A DNA stretch of 64,000 nucleotides from Felis catus (lineage: Eukaryota): positions 1 to 64,000 of the forward strand of contig NW_025408521.1 of NCBI RefSeq assembly GCF_018350175.1, written 5' to 3'. The position numbers and the translations under genes were made by a program. The notes beneath the pieces are model-generated. The model was not told the DNA's origin. It worked only from the letters and a program-made list of their open reading frames with translations, and did no database searches. The stretch's first letter is position 1; each line of letters opens with the position of its first letter. This document shows, in pieces, positions 36,846 to 49,609 of this stretch.

Positions 36846-39800
36846 TTCAGCCCTCAACTCAGCCCTTCGGGGAGACCACTGCCCTGCTGTGGGTTCGGCG
36901 CCTGGAACCTCCTGGGACCTAACCCTAACCCTAACCCCACCCCGAACTGGGACCCTCCCCCGAAATCTAAGCCTGCCGCCTTCCCTAATCCTGCATTTGA
37001 GCCGCCTTCTGGCATGGGCCCTCACTTCAGCCCTCGAGGGAGATCACGAGACCAGAGTCGCTTCGGCCCTGGCGACGTCCCTGGCCCGAACCCTAACTCT
37101 AGCTAAGGTTCTTACCTCATGGGGACCCAATTCCAAGTCTGACAGCATCACGGCCCTGGGGTCCAAAAGCGGTGCAGGCTGACTCCGCAAGGAACCTGGA
37201 AGCTCACCATGTCGTTTCCCAGGCCCGGCTGCAGCTCCCGAGAGGATTGGGGAGGCCTCCTCGACTGCGGGAGGAACAACATGTGTGGCCGTGGCAGCCA
37301 ACGAGGGATCCTGACCGGCACCGTCCCTTGTGCCCTCAACTCAGCCCTTCGGGGAGACCACTGCCCTGGTGTGGGTTCAGGGCCTGGAACCTCCTGGGAC
37401 CTAACCCTAACCCTAACCCTACCCCGAACCGGGACCCTCCCCCGAAACCTAAGCCTGCCTCGATCCCTAATCCTGCATTTGAGCCGCCTTCTGGCATGGG
37501 CCCTCACTTCAGCCCTCGAGGGAGATCACGAGACCGGAGTCGCTTCGGCCCTGGCGACGTCCCTGGCCCGAACCCTAACCCTAGCTAAGGCTCTGCCCTC
37601 ATGGGGACCCAATTCCAACGTCTGACAGCATCACGCGCCTGGGGTCCAGAAGCGGTGCAGGCTGACTCGGCAAGGAACCTGGAAGCTCACCATGTCGTTT
37701 CCCAGGCCCGGCTGCAGCTCCCGAGAGGATTCCGGAGGCCTCCTCGACCGCGGGAGGAACAACATGTGTGGCCGTGGCAGCCAAAGAGGGATCCTGACCG
37801 GCACCGTCCCTTGTGCCCTCAACTCAGCCCTTCGGGGAGACCACTGCCCTGCTGTGGGTTCGGCGCCTGGAACCTCCTGGGACCTAACCCTAACCCTAAC
37901 CCTACCCCGAACCGGGACCCTCCCCCGAAACCTAAGCCTGCCTCGATCCCTAATCCTGCATTTGAGCCGCCTTCTGGCATGGGCCCTCACTTCAGCCCTC
38001 GAGGGAGATCACGAGACCGGAGTCGCTTCGGCCCTGGCGACGTCCCTGGTCCGAACCCGAAGCCTAGCTAAGGCTCTGCCCTCATGGGGACCCAATTCCA
38101 ACGTCTGACAGCATCACGCGCCTGGGGTCCAGAAGCGGTGCAGGCTGACTCGGCAAGGAACCTGGAAGCTCACCATGTCGTTTCCCAGGTCGGCTGCAGC
38201 TCCCCAGTGGATTCCGGAGGCCTACTCGACCGCGGGAGGAACAACATGTGTGGCCGTGGCAGCCAAAGAGGGATCCTGACCGGCACCGTCCCTTGTGCCC
38301 TCAACTAAGCCCTTCGGGGAGACCACTGCCCTGCTGTGGGTTCGGCGCCTGGAACCTCCTGGGACCTAACCCTAACCCTAACCCTACCCCGAACCGGGAA
38401 CCTCCCCCGAATCCTCAGCCTGCCTCGATCCCTAATCCTGCATTTGAGCCGCCTTCTGGCATGGGCCCTCACTTCAGCCCTCGAGGGAGATCACGAGACC
38501 GGAGTCGCTTCAGCCCTGGAGACGTCCCTGGCCAGAACCCTAACCCTAGCTAAGGCTCTCCCCTCATGGGGACCCAATTCCAACGTCTGACAGCATCACG
38601 CGCCTGGGGTCCAGAAGCGGTGCAGGTGGACTCAGCAAGGAAACTGGAATTTCACCATGTCGTTTCCCAGGCCCGGCTGCAGCTCCCGAGAGGATTGCGG
38701 AGGCCTCCTCGACCGCGGGAGGAACAACATGTGTGGCCGTGGCAGCCAAAGAGGGATCCTGACCGGCACCGTCCCTTGTGCCCTCAACTCAGCCCTTCGG
38801 GGAGACCACTGCCCTGCTGTGGGTTCGGCGCCTGGAACCTCCTGGGACCTAACCCTAACCCTAACCCTACCCCGAACCGGGACCCTCCCCCGAATCCTCA
38901 GCCTGCCTCGATCCCTAATCCTGCATTTGAGCCACTCTCTGGCATGGGCCCTCACTTCAGCCCTCGAGGGAGATCACGAGACCGGCGCCTTTAGGCCCTG
39001 GCGACGTCCCTGGACCGAACCCTAACCTTAGCTAAGGCTCTCCCTCATGGGGACCCAATTCCAACGTCTGACAGCATCACGCGCCTGGGGTCCAGAAGCG
39101 GTGCAGGCTGACTCGGCAAGGAACCTGGAAGCTCACCATGTCGTTTCCCAGGCTCGGCTGCAGCTCCCGAGAGGATTGCGGAGGCCTCCTCGACCGCGGG
39201 AGGAAAAACATGTGTGGCCGTGGCAGCCAAAGAGGGATCCTGACCGGCACCGTCCCTTGTGCCCTCAACTCAGACCTTCGGGGAGACCACTGCCCTGCTG
39301 TGGGTTCGGCGCCTGGAACCTCCTGGGACCTAACCCTAACCCTAACCCTACCCCGAACCGGGACCCTCCCCCGAAACCTAAGCCTGCCTCGATCCCTAAT
39401 CCTGCATTTGAGCCGCCTTCTGGCATGGGCCCTCACTTCAGCCCTCGAGGGAGATCACGAGACCGGAGTCGCTTCGGCCCTGGAGACGTCCCTGGCCCGA
39501 ACCCTAAGCCTAGCTAAGGCTCTCCCCTCATGGGGACCCAATTCCAACGTCTGACAGCATCACGCGCCTGGGGTCCAGAAGCGGTGCAGGCTGACTCAGC
39601 AAGGAACCTGGAAGCTCACCATGTCGTTTCCCAGGCCCGGCTGCAGCTCCCGAGAGGATTGCGGAGGCCTCCTCAACCGCCGAAGGAACAACATGTGTGG
39701 CCGTGGCAGCCAAAGAGGGATCCTGACCGGCACCGTCCCTTGTGCCCTCAACTCAGACCTTCGGGGAGACCACTGCCCTGCTGTGGGTTCGGCGCCTGGA

Positions 39801-42800
39801 ACCTCCTGGGACCTAACCCTAACCCTAACCCTACCCCGAACCGGGACCCTCCCCCGAAACCTAAGCCTGCCTCGATCCCTAATCCTGCATTTGAGCCGCC
39901 TTCTGGCATGGGCCCTCACTTCAGCCCTCGAGGGAGATCACGAGAACGGAGTCGCTTCGGCCCTGGAGACGTCCCTGGCCCGAACCCTAAGCCTAGCTAA
40001 GGCTCTGCCCTCATGGGGACCCAATTCCAACGTCTGACAGCATCACGCCCTTGGGTTCCAGAAGCGGTGCAGGCTGACTCGGCAAGGAACCTGGAAGCTC
40101 ACCATGTCGTTTCCCAGGCCGGCTGCAGCTCCCCAGTGGATTCCGGAGGCCTCCTCGACCGCGGGAGGAACAATATGTGTGGCCGTGGCAGCCAAAGAGG
40201 GATCCTGACCGGCACCGTCCCTTGTGCCCTCAACTAAGCCCTTCGGGGAGACCACTGCCCTGCTGTGGGTTCAGCGCCTGGAACCTCCTGGTACCTAACC
40301 CTAACCCTAACCCTAACCCTACCCCGAACCGGGACCCTCCCCCGAAACCTAAGCCTGCCTCGATCCCTAATCCTGCATTTGAGCCGCCTTCTGGCATGGG
40401 CCCTCACTTCAGCCCTCGAGGGAGATCACGAGACCGGAGTCGCTTCGGCCCTGGAGACGTCCCTGGCCCGAACCCTAACCCTAGCTAAGGCTCTCCCCTC
40501 ATGGGGACCCAATTCCAACGTCTGACAGCATCACGCGCCTGGGGTCCAGAAGCGGTGCAGGCTGACTCAGCAAGGAACCTGGAAGCTCACCATGTCGTTT
40601 CCCAGGCCCGGCTGCAGCTCCCGAGAGGATTGCGGAGGCCTCCTCGACCGCGGGAGGAACAACATGTGTGGCCGTGGCAGCCAAAGAGGAATCCTGACCG
40701 GCACCGTCCCTTGTGCCCTCAACTAAGCCCTTCGGGGAGACCACTGCCCTGCTGTGGGTTCGGCGCCTGGAACCTCCTGGGACCTAACCCTAACCCTAAC
40801 CCTACCCCGAACCGGGACCCTCCCCCGAAACCTAAGCCTGCCTCGATCCCTAATCCTGCATTTGAGCCGCCTTCTGGCATGGGCCCTCACTTCAGCCCTC
40901 GAGGGAGATCACGAGACCGGAGTCGCTTCGGCCCTGGCGACGTCCCTGGCCCGAACCCTAACCCTAGCTAAGGCTCTGCCCTCATGGGGACCCAATTCCA
41001 ACGTCTGACAGCATCACGCGCCTGGGGTCCAGAAGCGGTGCAGGCTGACTCGGCAAGGAACCTGGAAGCTCACCATGTCGTTTCCCAGGCCGGCTGCAGC
41101 TCCCCAGAGGATTCCGGAGGCCTCCTCGACCGCGGGAGGAACAACATGTGTGGCCGTGGCAGCCAAAGAGGGATCCTGACCGGCACCGTCCCTTGTGCCC
41201 TCAACTAAGCCCTTCGGGGAGACCACTGCCCTGCTGTGGGTTCGGCGCCTGGAACCTCCTGGTACCTAACCCTAACCCTAACCCTACCCCGAACCGGGAA
41301 CCTCCCCCGAAATCCTCAGCCTGCCTCGATCCCTTATCCTGCATTTGAGCCGCCTTCTGGCATGGGCCCTCACTTCAGCCCTCGAGGGAGATCACGAGAC
41401 TGGAGTCGCTTCGGCCCTGGCGACGTCCCTGGACCAAACCCTTACCCTAGCTAAGGCTCTCCCCTCATGGGGACCCAATTCCAACGTCTGACAGCATCAG
41501 GCGCCTGGGGTCCAGAAGCGGTGCAGGCTGACTCGGCAAGGAACCTGGAAGCTCACCATGTCGTTTCCCAGGCCTGGCTGCAGCTCCCGAGAGGATTCCG
41601 GAGGCCTCCTCGACCGCGGGAGGAACAACATGTGTGGCCGTGGCAGCCAAAGAGGAATCCTGACAGGCACCGTCCCTTGTGCCCTCAACTAAGCCCTTCG
41701 GGGAGACCACTGCCCTGCTGTGGGTTCGGCGCCTGGAACCTCCTGGGACCTAACCCTAACCCTAAACCTACCCAGAACCGGGACACTCCCCCGAAACCTA
41801 AGCCTGCCTCGATCCGTAATCCTGCTTTTGAGCCGTCTTCTGGCATGGGCCCTCACTTCAGCCCTCGAGGGAGATCACGAGACCGGAGTCGCTTCGGCCC
41901 TGGAGACGTCCCTGGCCCGAACCCTAACCCTAGCTAAGGCTCTCCCCTCATGGGAACCCAATTCCAACGTCTGACAGCATCACGCGCTTGTGGTCCAGAA
42001 GCGGTGCAGGCTGACTCAGCAAGGAACCTGGAAGCTCACCATGTCGTTTCCCAGGCTCGGCTGCAGCTCCCGAGAGGATTGCGGAGGCCTCCTCGACCGC
42101 GGGAGGAACAACATGTGTGGCCGTGGCAGCCAAAGAGGGATCCTGACCGGCACCGTCCCTTGTGCCCTCAACTCAGCCCTTCGGGGAGACCACTGCCCTG
42201 CTGTGGGTTCGGCGCCTGGAACCTCCTGGGACCTAACCCTAATCCTAACCCTACCCCGAACCGGGACCGTGCCCCGAAACCTAAGCCTGCCTCGATCCCT
42301 AATCCTGCATTTGAGCCGCCTTCTGGCATGGGCCCTCACTTCAGCCCTCGAGGGAGATCACGAGACCGGAGTCGCTTCGGCCCTGGAGACGTCCCTGGCC
42401 CGAACCCTAACCCTAGCTAAGGCTCTCCCCTCATGGGGACCGAATTCCAACGTCTGACAGCATCAGGCGCCTGGGGTCCAGAAGCGGTGCAGGCTGACTC
42501 GGCAAGGAACCTGGAAGCTCACCATGTCGTTTCCCAGGCCCGGCTGCAGCTCCCGAGAGGATTCCGGAGGCCTCCTCGACCGCGGGAGGAACAACATGTG
42601 TGGCCGTGGCAGCCAAAGAGGAATCCTGACCGGCACCGTCCCTTGTGCCCTCAACTCAGCCCTTCGGGGAGACCACTGCCCTGCTGTGGGTTCGGCGCCT
42701 GGAACCTCCTGGGACCTAACCCTAACCCTAAACCTACCCCGACCCGGGACCCTCCCCCGAAACCTAAGCCTTTCTCGATCCCTAATCCTGCTTTTGAGCC

Positions 42801-44807
42801 GCCTTCTGGCATGGGCCCTCACTTCAGCCCTCGAGGGAGATCACGAGACCGGAGTCGCTTCGGCCCTGGCGACGTCCCTGGGCCGAACCCTAACCCTAGC
42901 TAAGGCTCTCCCCTCATGGGGACCCAAATCCGGACGTCTGACAGCATCACGCGCCTGGGGTCCAGAAGCCGTGCAGGCTGACTCGGCAAGGAATCTGGAA
43001 GCTCACCATGTCGTTTCCCAGGCCCGGCTGCAGCTCCCGAGAGGATGCCCGAGGCCTCCTCGACCACGGGAGGAACAACATATGTGGCCTTGGCAGCCAA
43101 AGAGGGATCCTGACTGGCATTGTTTCTTGTGCCCTCAACTCAGCCCTTCGGGGAGGCCACTGCCCTGCTGTGGGTTCAGCGCCTGGAACCTCCTGTGACC
43201 TAACCCTAACCCTACCCCAACCCGGGAGCCTGCACCGAAACCTAAGCCTGCCTCGATCCCTAATCCTGCATTTGAGCCGCCTTCTGGCATGGGCCCTCAC
43301 TTCAGCCCTCGAGGGAGATCACGAGACCGGAGTCGCTTCGGCCCTGGCGACGTCCCTGGGCCGAACCCTAACCCTAGCTAAGGCTCTCCCCTCATGGGCA
43401 CCCAATTCCAACGTGACAGCATCACGCACCTGGGGTCCAGAAGCGGTGCAGACTGACTCGGAAAGGAACCTTGAAGCTCACCATGTCGTTTCCCAGGACC
43501 GGCTGCAGCTCCCGAGAGGATTCCGGAGGCCTCCTCGACCACGGGAGGAACAAATGTGTGGCTTTGGCAGCCATGACGGATCCTTATCGGCACCTTCCCT
43601 TGTGCCCTGAACTCAGCCCTTCGGGGAGACCACTGCCCTGCTGTGGGTTCGGCGCCTGGAACCTTCTGGCACCTAACCCTAACTCTAACCATACCCCGAA
43701 CCGGGAGCCTGCACCGAAACCTAAGCCTGCCTCGATCCCTAATCCTGCATTTGAGCCACCTTCTGGCATGGGCCCTCAATTTAGTCCTGAAGGAGGTCAC
43801 GTCCCTGGAGTCGCTATGGACCTCGCGATGTGCCTTTACCGAAACCTACCCCTAGCTAAGGCTCTCTCCCCATGGGGACCCAATCCCTACGTCTGACAAC
43901 ACCATACGCCTTGGATCCTTCTGGGTTGCATGGTCACCTGATATGGTATCTGGAAGCTCACCATATCGTTTCTCATGCCTGTTGCAGCTGCCAGAGAGAA
44001 TTCCTGAGTCTTCCCCGGCCAGGCGCTCATAGAGTCTGACCCTGACCGGAACTCTCCCTTGTGCCCTGAACTCAGTCCTTCGGGGAGACCGCTGAAGTGT
44101 TCTGGCTTCACACCTGGGGCCTCCTGGGACGTAACCCCAACCCTACCCTTAACGAGACCCTCCTCCTAATCCTAAGCCGGACTTGAACCCTATCCCTTCA
44201 TTTTAACCTCACCTTTACATGAGCCCTCACTTCATCTCTCGAGGGAGATCTCGAGACAGGAGTCACTTCGATCCTGGCTACGTCCCTGGTCCAAACACTA
44301 ACCGTAGCTAAGGCTCTCTCCCCTTGTGGACCCAATCGCATGGTCTGGCAACACCACGTGCCTGGGGTTCCAGAAGCATGGCAGTGTCCCTCGGCATGGT
44401 GCCTGGAACCTAACAATGTCATTCTGCAGGCCCGGCTGCAGTTGTCTGAGAGAATTCCTGAGTCCTACCTGACCAGTGGCCCATAGATTTGCGTGGCCAG
44501 GAAGCCAAAGACTGAACGTTCTGGGCCCTCTCCCCTGTGCCCTCAACTTAGCCCATTCGGGTGACCACTGCCCTGCTGTGGGTTCAGTACCTGGAGCCTC
44601 TTGGGTCCTAACCTAATCCCTACCCCTAACCGGAAACCTCAACCGAATCCTAACCCGATCTTGAAACCTAATCAAACAATTGACCCCCGCTGTCTCCTGG
44701 TCCCTTACTTCATTCCTCTAGGGAGATCACGAGACTGGAGTTGCTTTGGCCCTGGCAACGTCCTGGACCGAACCCTAACCCTAGCTCAGACACTCTCCCA
44801 ATGGGGA
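36846..44807 (+). repeat. FA-SAT monomeric array (~16 monomers), homogeneous 483-bp units decaying toward the right edge
   Basis: Near-identical monomers at ~483-bp spacing (ORF starts 37601, 38084, 38566, 39047, 39530, 40013). Strongly diverged monomers from ~43,500 to 44,807. Confidence 0.93.
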
Positions 44808-44904
44808 TGTAAGCAACAAACCATAAATCGTCTATGAGAAAAATTGAAGAAACCCAAAGAAATGGAAAACATTCCATGCTCACGTATTAGAAGAACAAAC
44901 ATTT

Positions 44905-45118
44905 GGGGCGCCTGGGTGGCACAGTCGGTTAAGCGTCCGACTTCAACCAGGTCACGATCTCGCCATCCATGATATCGAGCCCCACGTCAGGCTCTGGGCT
45001 GATGGCTCAGAGCCTGGAGCCTGTTTCCTATTCTGTGTCTCCCTCTCTCTCTTCCAATCCCCTGTTCATGCTCTGTCTCTGTCTGTCCCCAAAAAATAAA
45101 TAAACGTTGAAAAAAAAA
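44905..45118 (+). mobile_element. Can-SINE (felid SINEC_Fc-like, tRNA-derived) inserted in L1
   Basis: ggggcgcctgggtggc head, CT-rich tract and aataaataaacgtt-polyA tail. 15-bp TSD agaagaacaaacatt at 44889-44903 and 45121-45135. Confidence 0.95.
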
Positions 45119-45544
45119 GAAGAAGAACAAACATTGTTAAGATGTCAATACTACCAAAGCAATCGACACACTCAATGCAATCCCTATCAAAAAACATGAG
45201 CTTTCTCCACAGAGCTAGAACAAACAACCCTAAAATGTGTAAGGATGCAGAAAAGATACCAAAAGCCAAAGTCATGTTGAAAAAGAAAACAAAGGTGGAA
45301 ACATGACTATTTTGGATGTATGGTGTATTAGAAAGCTGCATTCATCAAGACAGTATGTACAGGCACAGAAACGGAGACAGACGTCAATGGAACAGAATAT
45401 GGAACCCAGAAATATACCCTCAAACATAAGGTGAGTAATCTTTGTTAACACAGAAAGAATATCCAATGGAATAAGAGTCTCTTCAGCAAATGGTACTAGG
45501 AATACTGGACAGTGAGAATGATGAACCTGGACACTGTTCTTAAA

Positions 45545-45545
<1 letters not shown>

Positions 45546-45578
<33 letters not shown>
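45546..45578 (+). repeat. (CA)n microsatellite within L1
   Basis: Uninterrupted CA run of about 16 units. Confidence 0.95.
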
Positions 45579-45580
<2 letters not shown>

Positions 45581-47119
45581 CAAAATGGATGAATTATCTA
45601 AATGTAAGTCAGGAACCATCAAAATCCTAGAGGAGATAATAGGCAATGTACCTCCTTGATCCTGGCCGCAGCAACTTCTCGCTTGTCATGTCTCCAGAAG
45701 CAAGGGCAATAAAAACCACAATGAACTATTGGGTCCTGAAGATAAAAGCTTCTGCACAGCAGGGGACAAAATCAGCTAAACTAAAAGGCAACTGAATGAA
45801 GTGGGAGAAGATATTTGCAGGTGACATATCAGATAAAGGGTTAGTATCCAAAATCTATAAAAACTTATCACACTCAACACCCAGAAACCAAATAATCCAG
45901 TGAAGAAATGGGCAAAAGACATGAAGAGACACCTTAAGAAAGATGACATCCAGATCGGTCACACATGAAAAGATGCTCAATCTCACTGGTCATCACTGAA
46001 ATACAAATGAAACCCACAATGAGATATCCCCTCACACCTATCAGAATAGCTAAAATTAACATCTCCGGAAACGACAGATGTTGGCAAGGATGCAGGGAAA
46101 GGGAACCCTTTTGCAATGCTGGTGCGAATGCAAAGTGGTGTAGCCATTCTGGACAATAGTATGGAGATTCGTCACAAAAACAAAAAATAGAGCTACACTA
46201 GGACCCAGCAATTGCACTACTAGGTATTGATCCAAAAGATACACTAACGCTGACTCGAAGTGGCACGTGTACTCCAATATTTATAGCAGCATTCTCAACA
46301 ATAGCTAAGTTATGCAAAGAGCCCAAATGACCACTGACAGATGAATGGATAAAGAAGATATGGTATATGCATACAATGGACTATTACTCTGCGATCAAAA
46401 AGAATGAAATCTCGCTCTTTGCAACAACGGGGATGGAACCGGAGTTTCTTAAGCTAAGCAAAATATGCCAGAGAACGACACACATACTATGATTCCTCTC
46501 ATCTGTCGAATTTAATAAAACTGATGAACATAGTGCAAGGAAAGCCAAAAGAAGATACACACAGAGAGGGAGTCAAATGATAAGAGACTGTTAAATAGAG
46601 GGAAGAATCTCAGGGTTCCTGGAGGGTTACTGAATAGGGGTATGGGCTAAATGGGTGATGGGCATTAGGGGTGGACCTTGGGATGAGTATTGGGTATATT
46701 TTGTACTTGATGGGTCACTAAATTCTACTGCTGAAACTGTATTCCTCTATAAGGTAACTAACTTGGGCTTCAATTTTAAAAAGAAGAAATATTAAAAATA
46801 AGTAAAGAAATGTACCACCAGTCAAAAGAAAAGAATATTTAAATCAGGCTCTTGAGTGGAAAGGAAAGACTAAAAGTGTCACAGACATGAAAGGATCAGA
46901 GAAAACATCAAGAAACAATGATAAAACAACTAGTAGAATGGGACTAAATATATACCTAGCAATAATCACTCTGACTATAAATGGACTAAATGCTCCAATC
47001 CAAAGACATTGGATAGGGCGTCAGAATGGACAAAACAAACAAACAAGCAAACAAAAAACAATGTCTATCTGGATGCTGCCTACAAAGCCTTATTCGGACT
47101 TAAGTCTCCTGCAGATTTG

Positions 47120-47341
47120 TTATTTTTTTTTAATTTTTTTAATGTTTATTTATTTTTGAGACAGAGAGAGACCAAGCATGAACGGGGGAGGGTCAGAGAG
47201 AGGGAGACACAGAATCTGAAACAGGCTCCAGGCTCTGAGCTGTCAGCACAGTGCCCGACGTGGGGCTCGACCTCAGGGACTGGGAGATCATGACCTGAGC
47301 CGAAGTTGGCCCCTTAACCGACTGAGCCACCCAGGCGCCCC
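47120..47341 (-). mobile_element. Can-SINE (felid SINEC_Fc-like), antisense, inserted in L1 endonuclease region
   Basis: polyT...gagacagagagaga...ccacccaggcgcccc. 18-bp TSD aagtctcctgcagatttg at 47102-47119 and 47342-47359. Confidence 0.95.
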
Positions 47342-47460
47342 AAGTCTCCTGCAGATTTGAAGTGAGGGAATGAAGAAATATTTATCATGCCAATAATGTC
47401 AAAAGAAAGCCAGTAGCCATACTTATATCAGGCAAAATAAACTTTAAAACCGAGACTCTA

Positions 47461-48095
47461 TTTTGGTACCCTTTGGGTAAATACCTAATAGTGACATTGC
47501 ATGCACCCAGTATTTATAGCAGAATTATCAACAGTAGCCCAACTATGGAGAAAGCCCAAGTATCCATCAACTGATGAAGGTGTAAAGAAGTTGTGGTGTG
47601 TGTATGTATATGTATGTATATGCATATGGACATACATGTATGTTCATATATACATACATACGTATATACAATGAAATATAACTCAGCTTCAAGAAGAATG
47701 AAATCTTGCCATTTGCAATGATGTGGATGGAGCTCGAATGTATTATGCTACGTGAAATACGTCAATCAGAGAAAGACACATATATGATTTCACTCATGTG
47801 GAAGTTAAGAAACAAAACACATGAAAACTAAGGAAGGAGCCAGGAAAAGAGAAGCATGGTAACAAACCACATGAGTCTCTTAATGTTAGAGAAAAAAAAA
47901 AGTGAAAGTTGATGGAGGGAGATGGGTCAGCGCTGGGCTAGATGGAGGACGAGTATTAAGGAGAGCACTTGTTGTGATGAGCACTGGGTGTTGTATGTAA
48001 AGGATGAATCACCGAATTCTACTCCTAAACCCGAGAATGCACTGTATGTCAACTAAGACTTAAATTAAAATACATACATACATACATACATACAG
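47461..48095 (+). mobile_element. Short nested L1 3' fragment with a 40-bp 5' inversion and (TACA)n tail
   Basis: 47461-47500 is the reverse complement of L1 'gcaat..cactattaggtatttacccaaag', followed by sense atgcaccc...3'UTR. The host L1 resumes at 'acaagagatgaa'. Confidence 0.8.
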
Positions 48096-49385
48096 GTATA
48101 ACAAGAGATGAAGGCAGACACGATCTCATACTAAAGGGGACAGCCAAACAAGAAGATCCAATGATTGTAAATTTCGATGTACCCAACATGCGATCACCAA
48201 GTATACAAAACATTTAGCAACAACCGTAAAGGAACTCATTTATAATAATATGATGATAGTAGAGGACTTTAACACATCACTCACATCAATGGACAGAACC
48301 TATAAACAGAACGTCAACAAGGAAACAATGGCTTTGAATGACACACTGGACCAGAAGGGTTTAACAGATATATTCAGAACACTCCATACTAAAATGGCAG
48401 ATACACATTCTTTTCAAGCATACCCGGGGCGTTCTCCAGAATTGATCACATTGTAGGGCATAAATCAGGCCTCAAGAGGTACCCAACGACAGAGATCAGA
48501 CCAAGCATCTTTTCTAACCACAAAGCTAGGAAACTTGAAGTCAACCACAAAAAGAGGGCGGGGGGGGGGGAGGGTGGGAAGGCCACAAATAAAGGGAGGT
48601 TAAGTAACATGCTACTAAATGAATGGGTCAAACAGGAAATCAATGAGAAAATACACTGAAACAAATGAAAATGAAAATACACTGGTAAAACCCTTTGGAA
48701 TGCGGCAAAAGCAGTCTATGATGGAAGTAGATAGCAATACAAGCCTACCTTAAAGAGCAAGAAAATTCTCAAAGAATCCTAACTTACACCTGAAGGAATG
48801 AGAAAAAGAGCAGCAGAAGGAAGGAAATAATAGAGTTTAGGGCAGAAATAAGGAATATAGAAACCAAAAAGACACTAGACCAAATCAATGAAAGCAGGGG
48901 CTGGATCATTGAAAGCAGTAATCAACTTGAAAACCTCCTAGGCAGACTCTTCACAAAGAAGACAGAAAGAACTCAAATGAAATCACAAATAAGAAAGGAG
49001 AAATGACAGTCAACACCACAAAAATACAATTAGAAGATAATATTATGAACAACTATATGCAACAAATTGGACACTCTGAGAAAAATGGACAAATTACTAG
49101 AAACACACACACTACCAAAACTGAAACAGGAAGATACCTAAAATCTGAAAACAGTCAGATACCCCATCAGTAATTAAAAAAAATCTCCCCCCAACACAAG
49201 AGATCATGGCCAGATGGCTTCATTGATGAATTCTACCATCCATTCAAGGAAGAGGTAATATGTATTCTCCTCAAATTATTACAAAAAATAAAAAAAGAAG
49301 GAAATCTTACAAATTCATCGTATGAGGCCATCATTACCCTGATACCAAAACGAGATGAAGCCTCCACTAAAACTGAAAACTGCAG

Positions 49386-49609
49386 CTGCGCCTGTGTGGG
49401 TCGGTCGGTTTACTGTCCAACTCTTAATTTTGGATTAGGACATTATCTTGCGGTACGTGGGTTCGAGTCCCACGTTGGGCCCTGCCATGACAGTGTGGGG
49501 CGTGGCCAGGATTCTCTCTCTCCCTGTCTCTCTGCCCCTCCCTCACTTTTATGTACTCTATCTAAGGAAAGAAATAAGCATTTAAAAAAATGTTTAAAAA
49601 ATTTTAAAT
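49386..49609 (+). mobile_element. Older diverged Can-SINE in L1 ORF2
   Basis: gcgcctgtgtgg head, B-box gggttcgagtccc, CT tract and A-rich tail. 10-bp TSD aaaactgcag at 49376-49385 and 49610-49619. Confidence 0.85.

Larger units (their letters stand above)
44810..46805 (+). mobile_element. 5'-truncated, decayed carnivore LINE-1 (3' part of ORF2 plus 3'UTR)
   Basis: L1 hallmarks: aaatggaaaacattccatgct, MKRCSISLVITEIQMKPTMRYPLTPIRIAKI (ORF2 C-terminal region), gatgaatggataaagaagatatgg, and an A-rich end at ~46780-46805. Stops and frameshifts throughout. Confidence 0.92.

Noticed and set aside
872..44807. Hundreds of 60-330 aa ORFs (e.g. MGTQFQRLT..., GLLARGCSPGASS... repeats)
   Set aside because: They overlap in all six frames, recur with the satellite period and are frameshifted between monomers. 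They are products of stop-poor GC-rich repeats; the 29-aa periodicity is simply 3 x 29 bp.
44905..44990. tRNA gene
   Set aside because: The A/B-box-like head belongs to a tRNA-derived Can-SINE with a tail and TSD.
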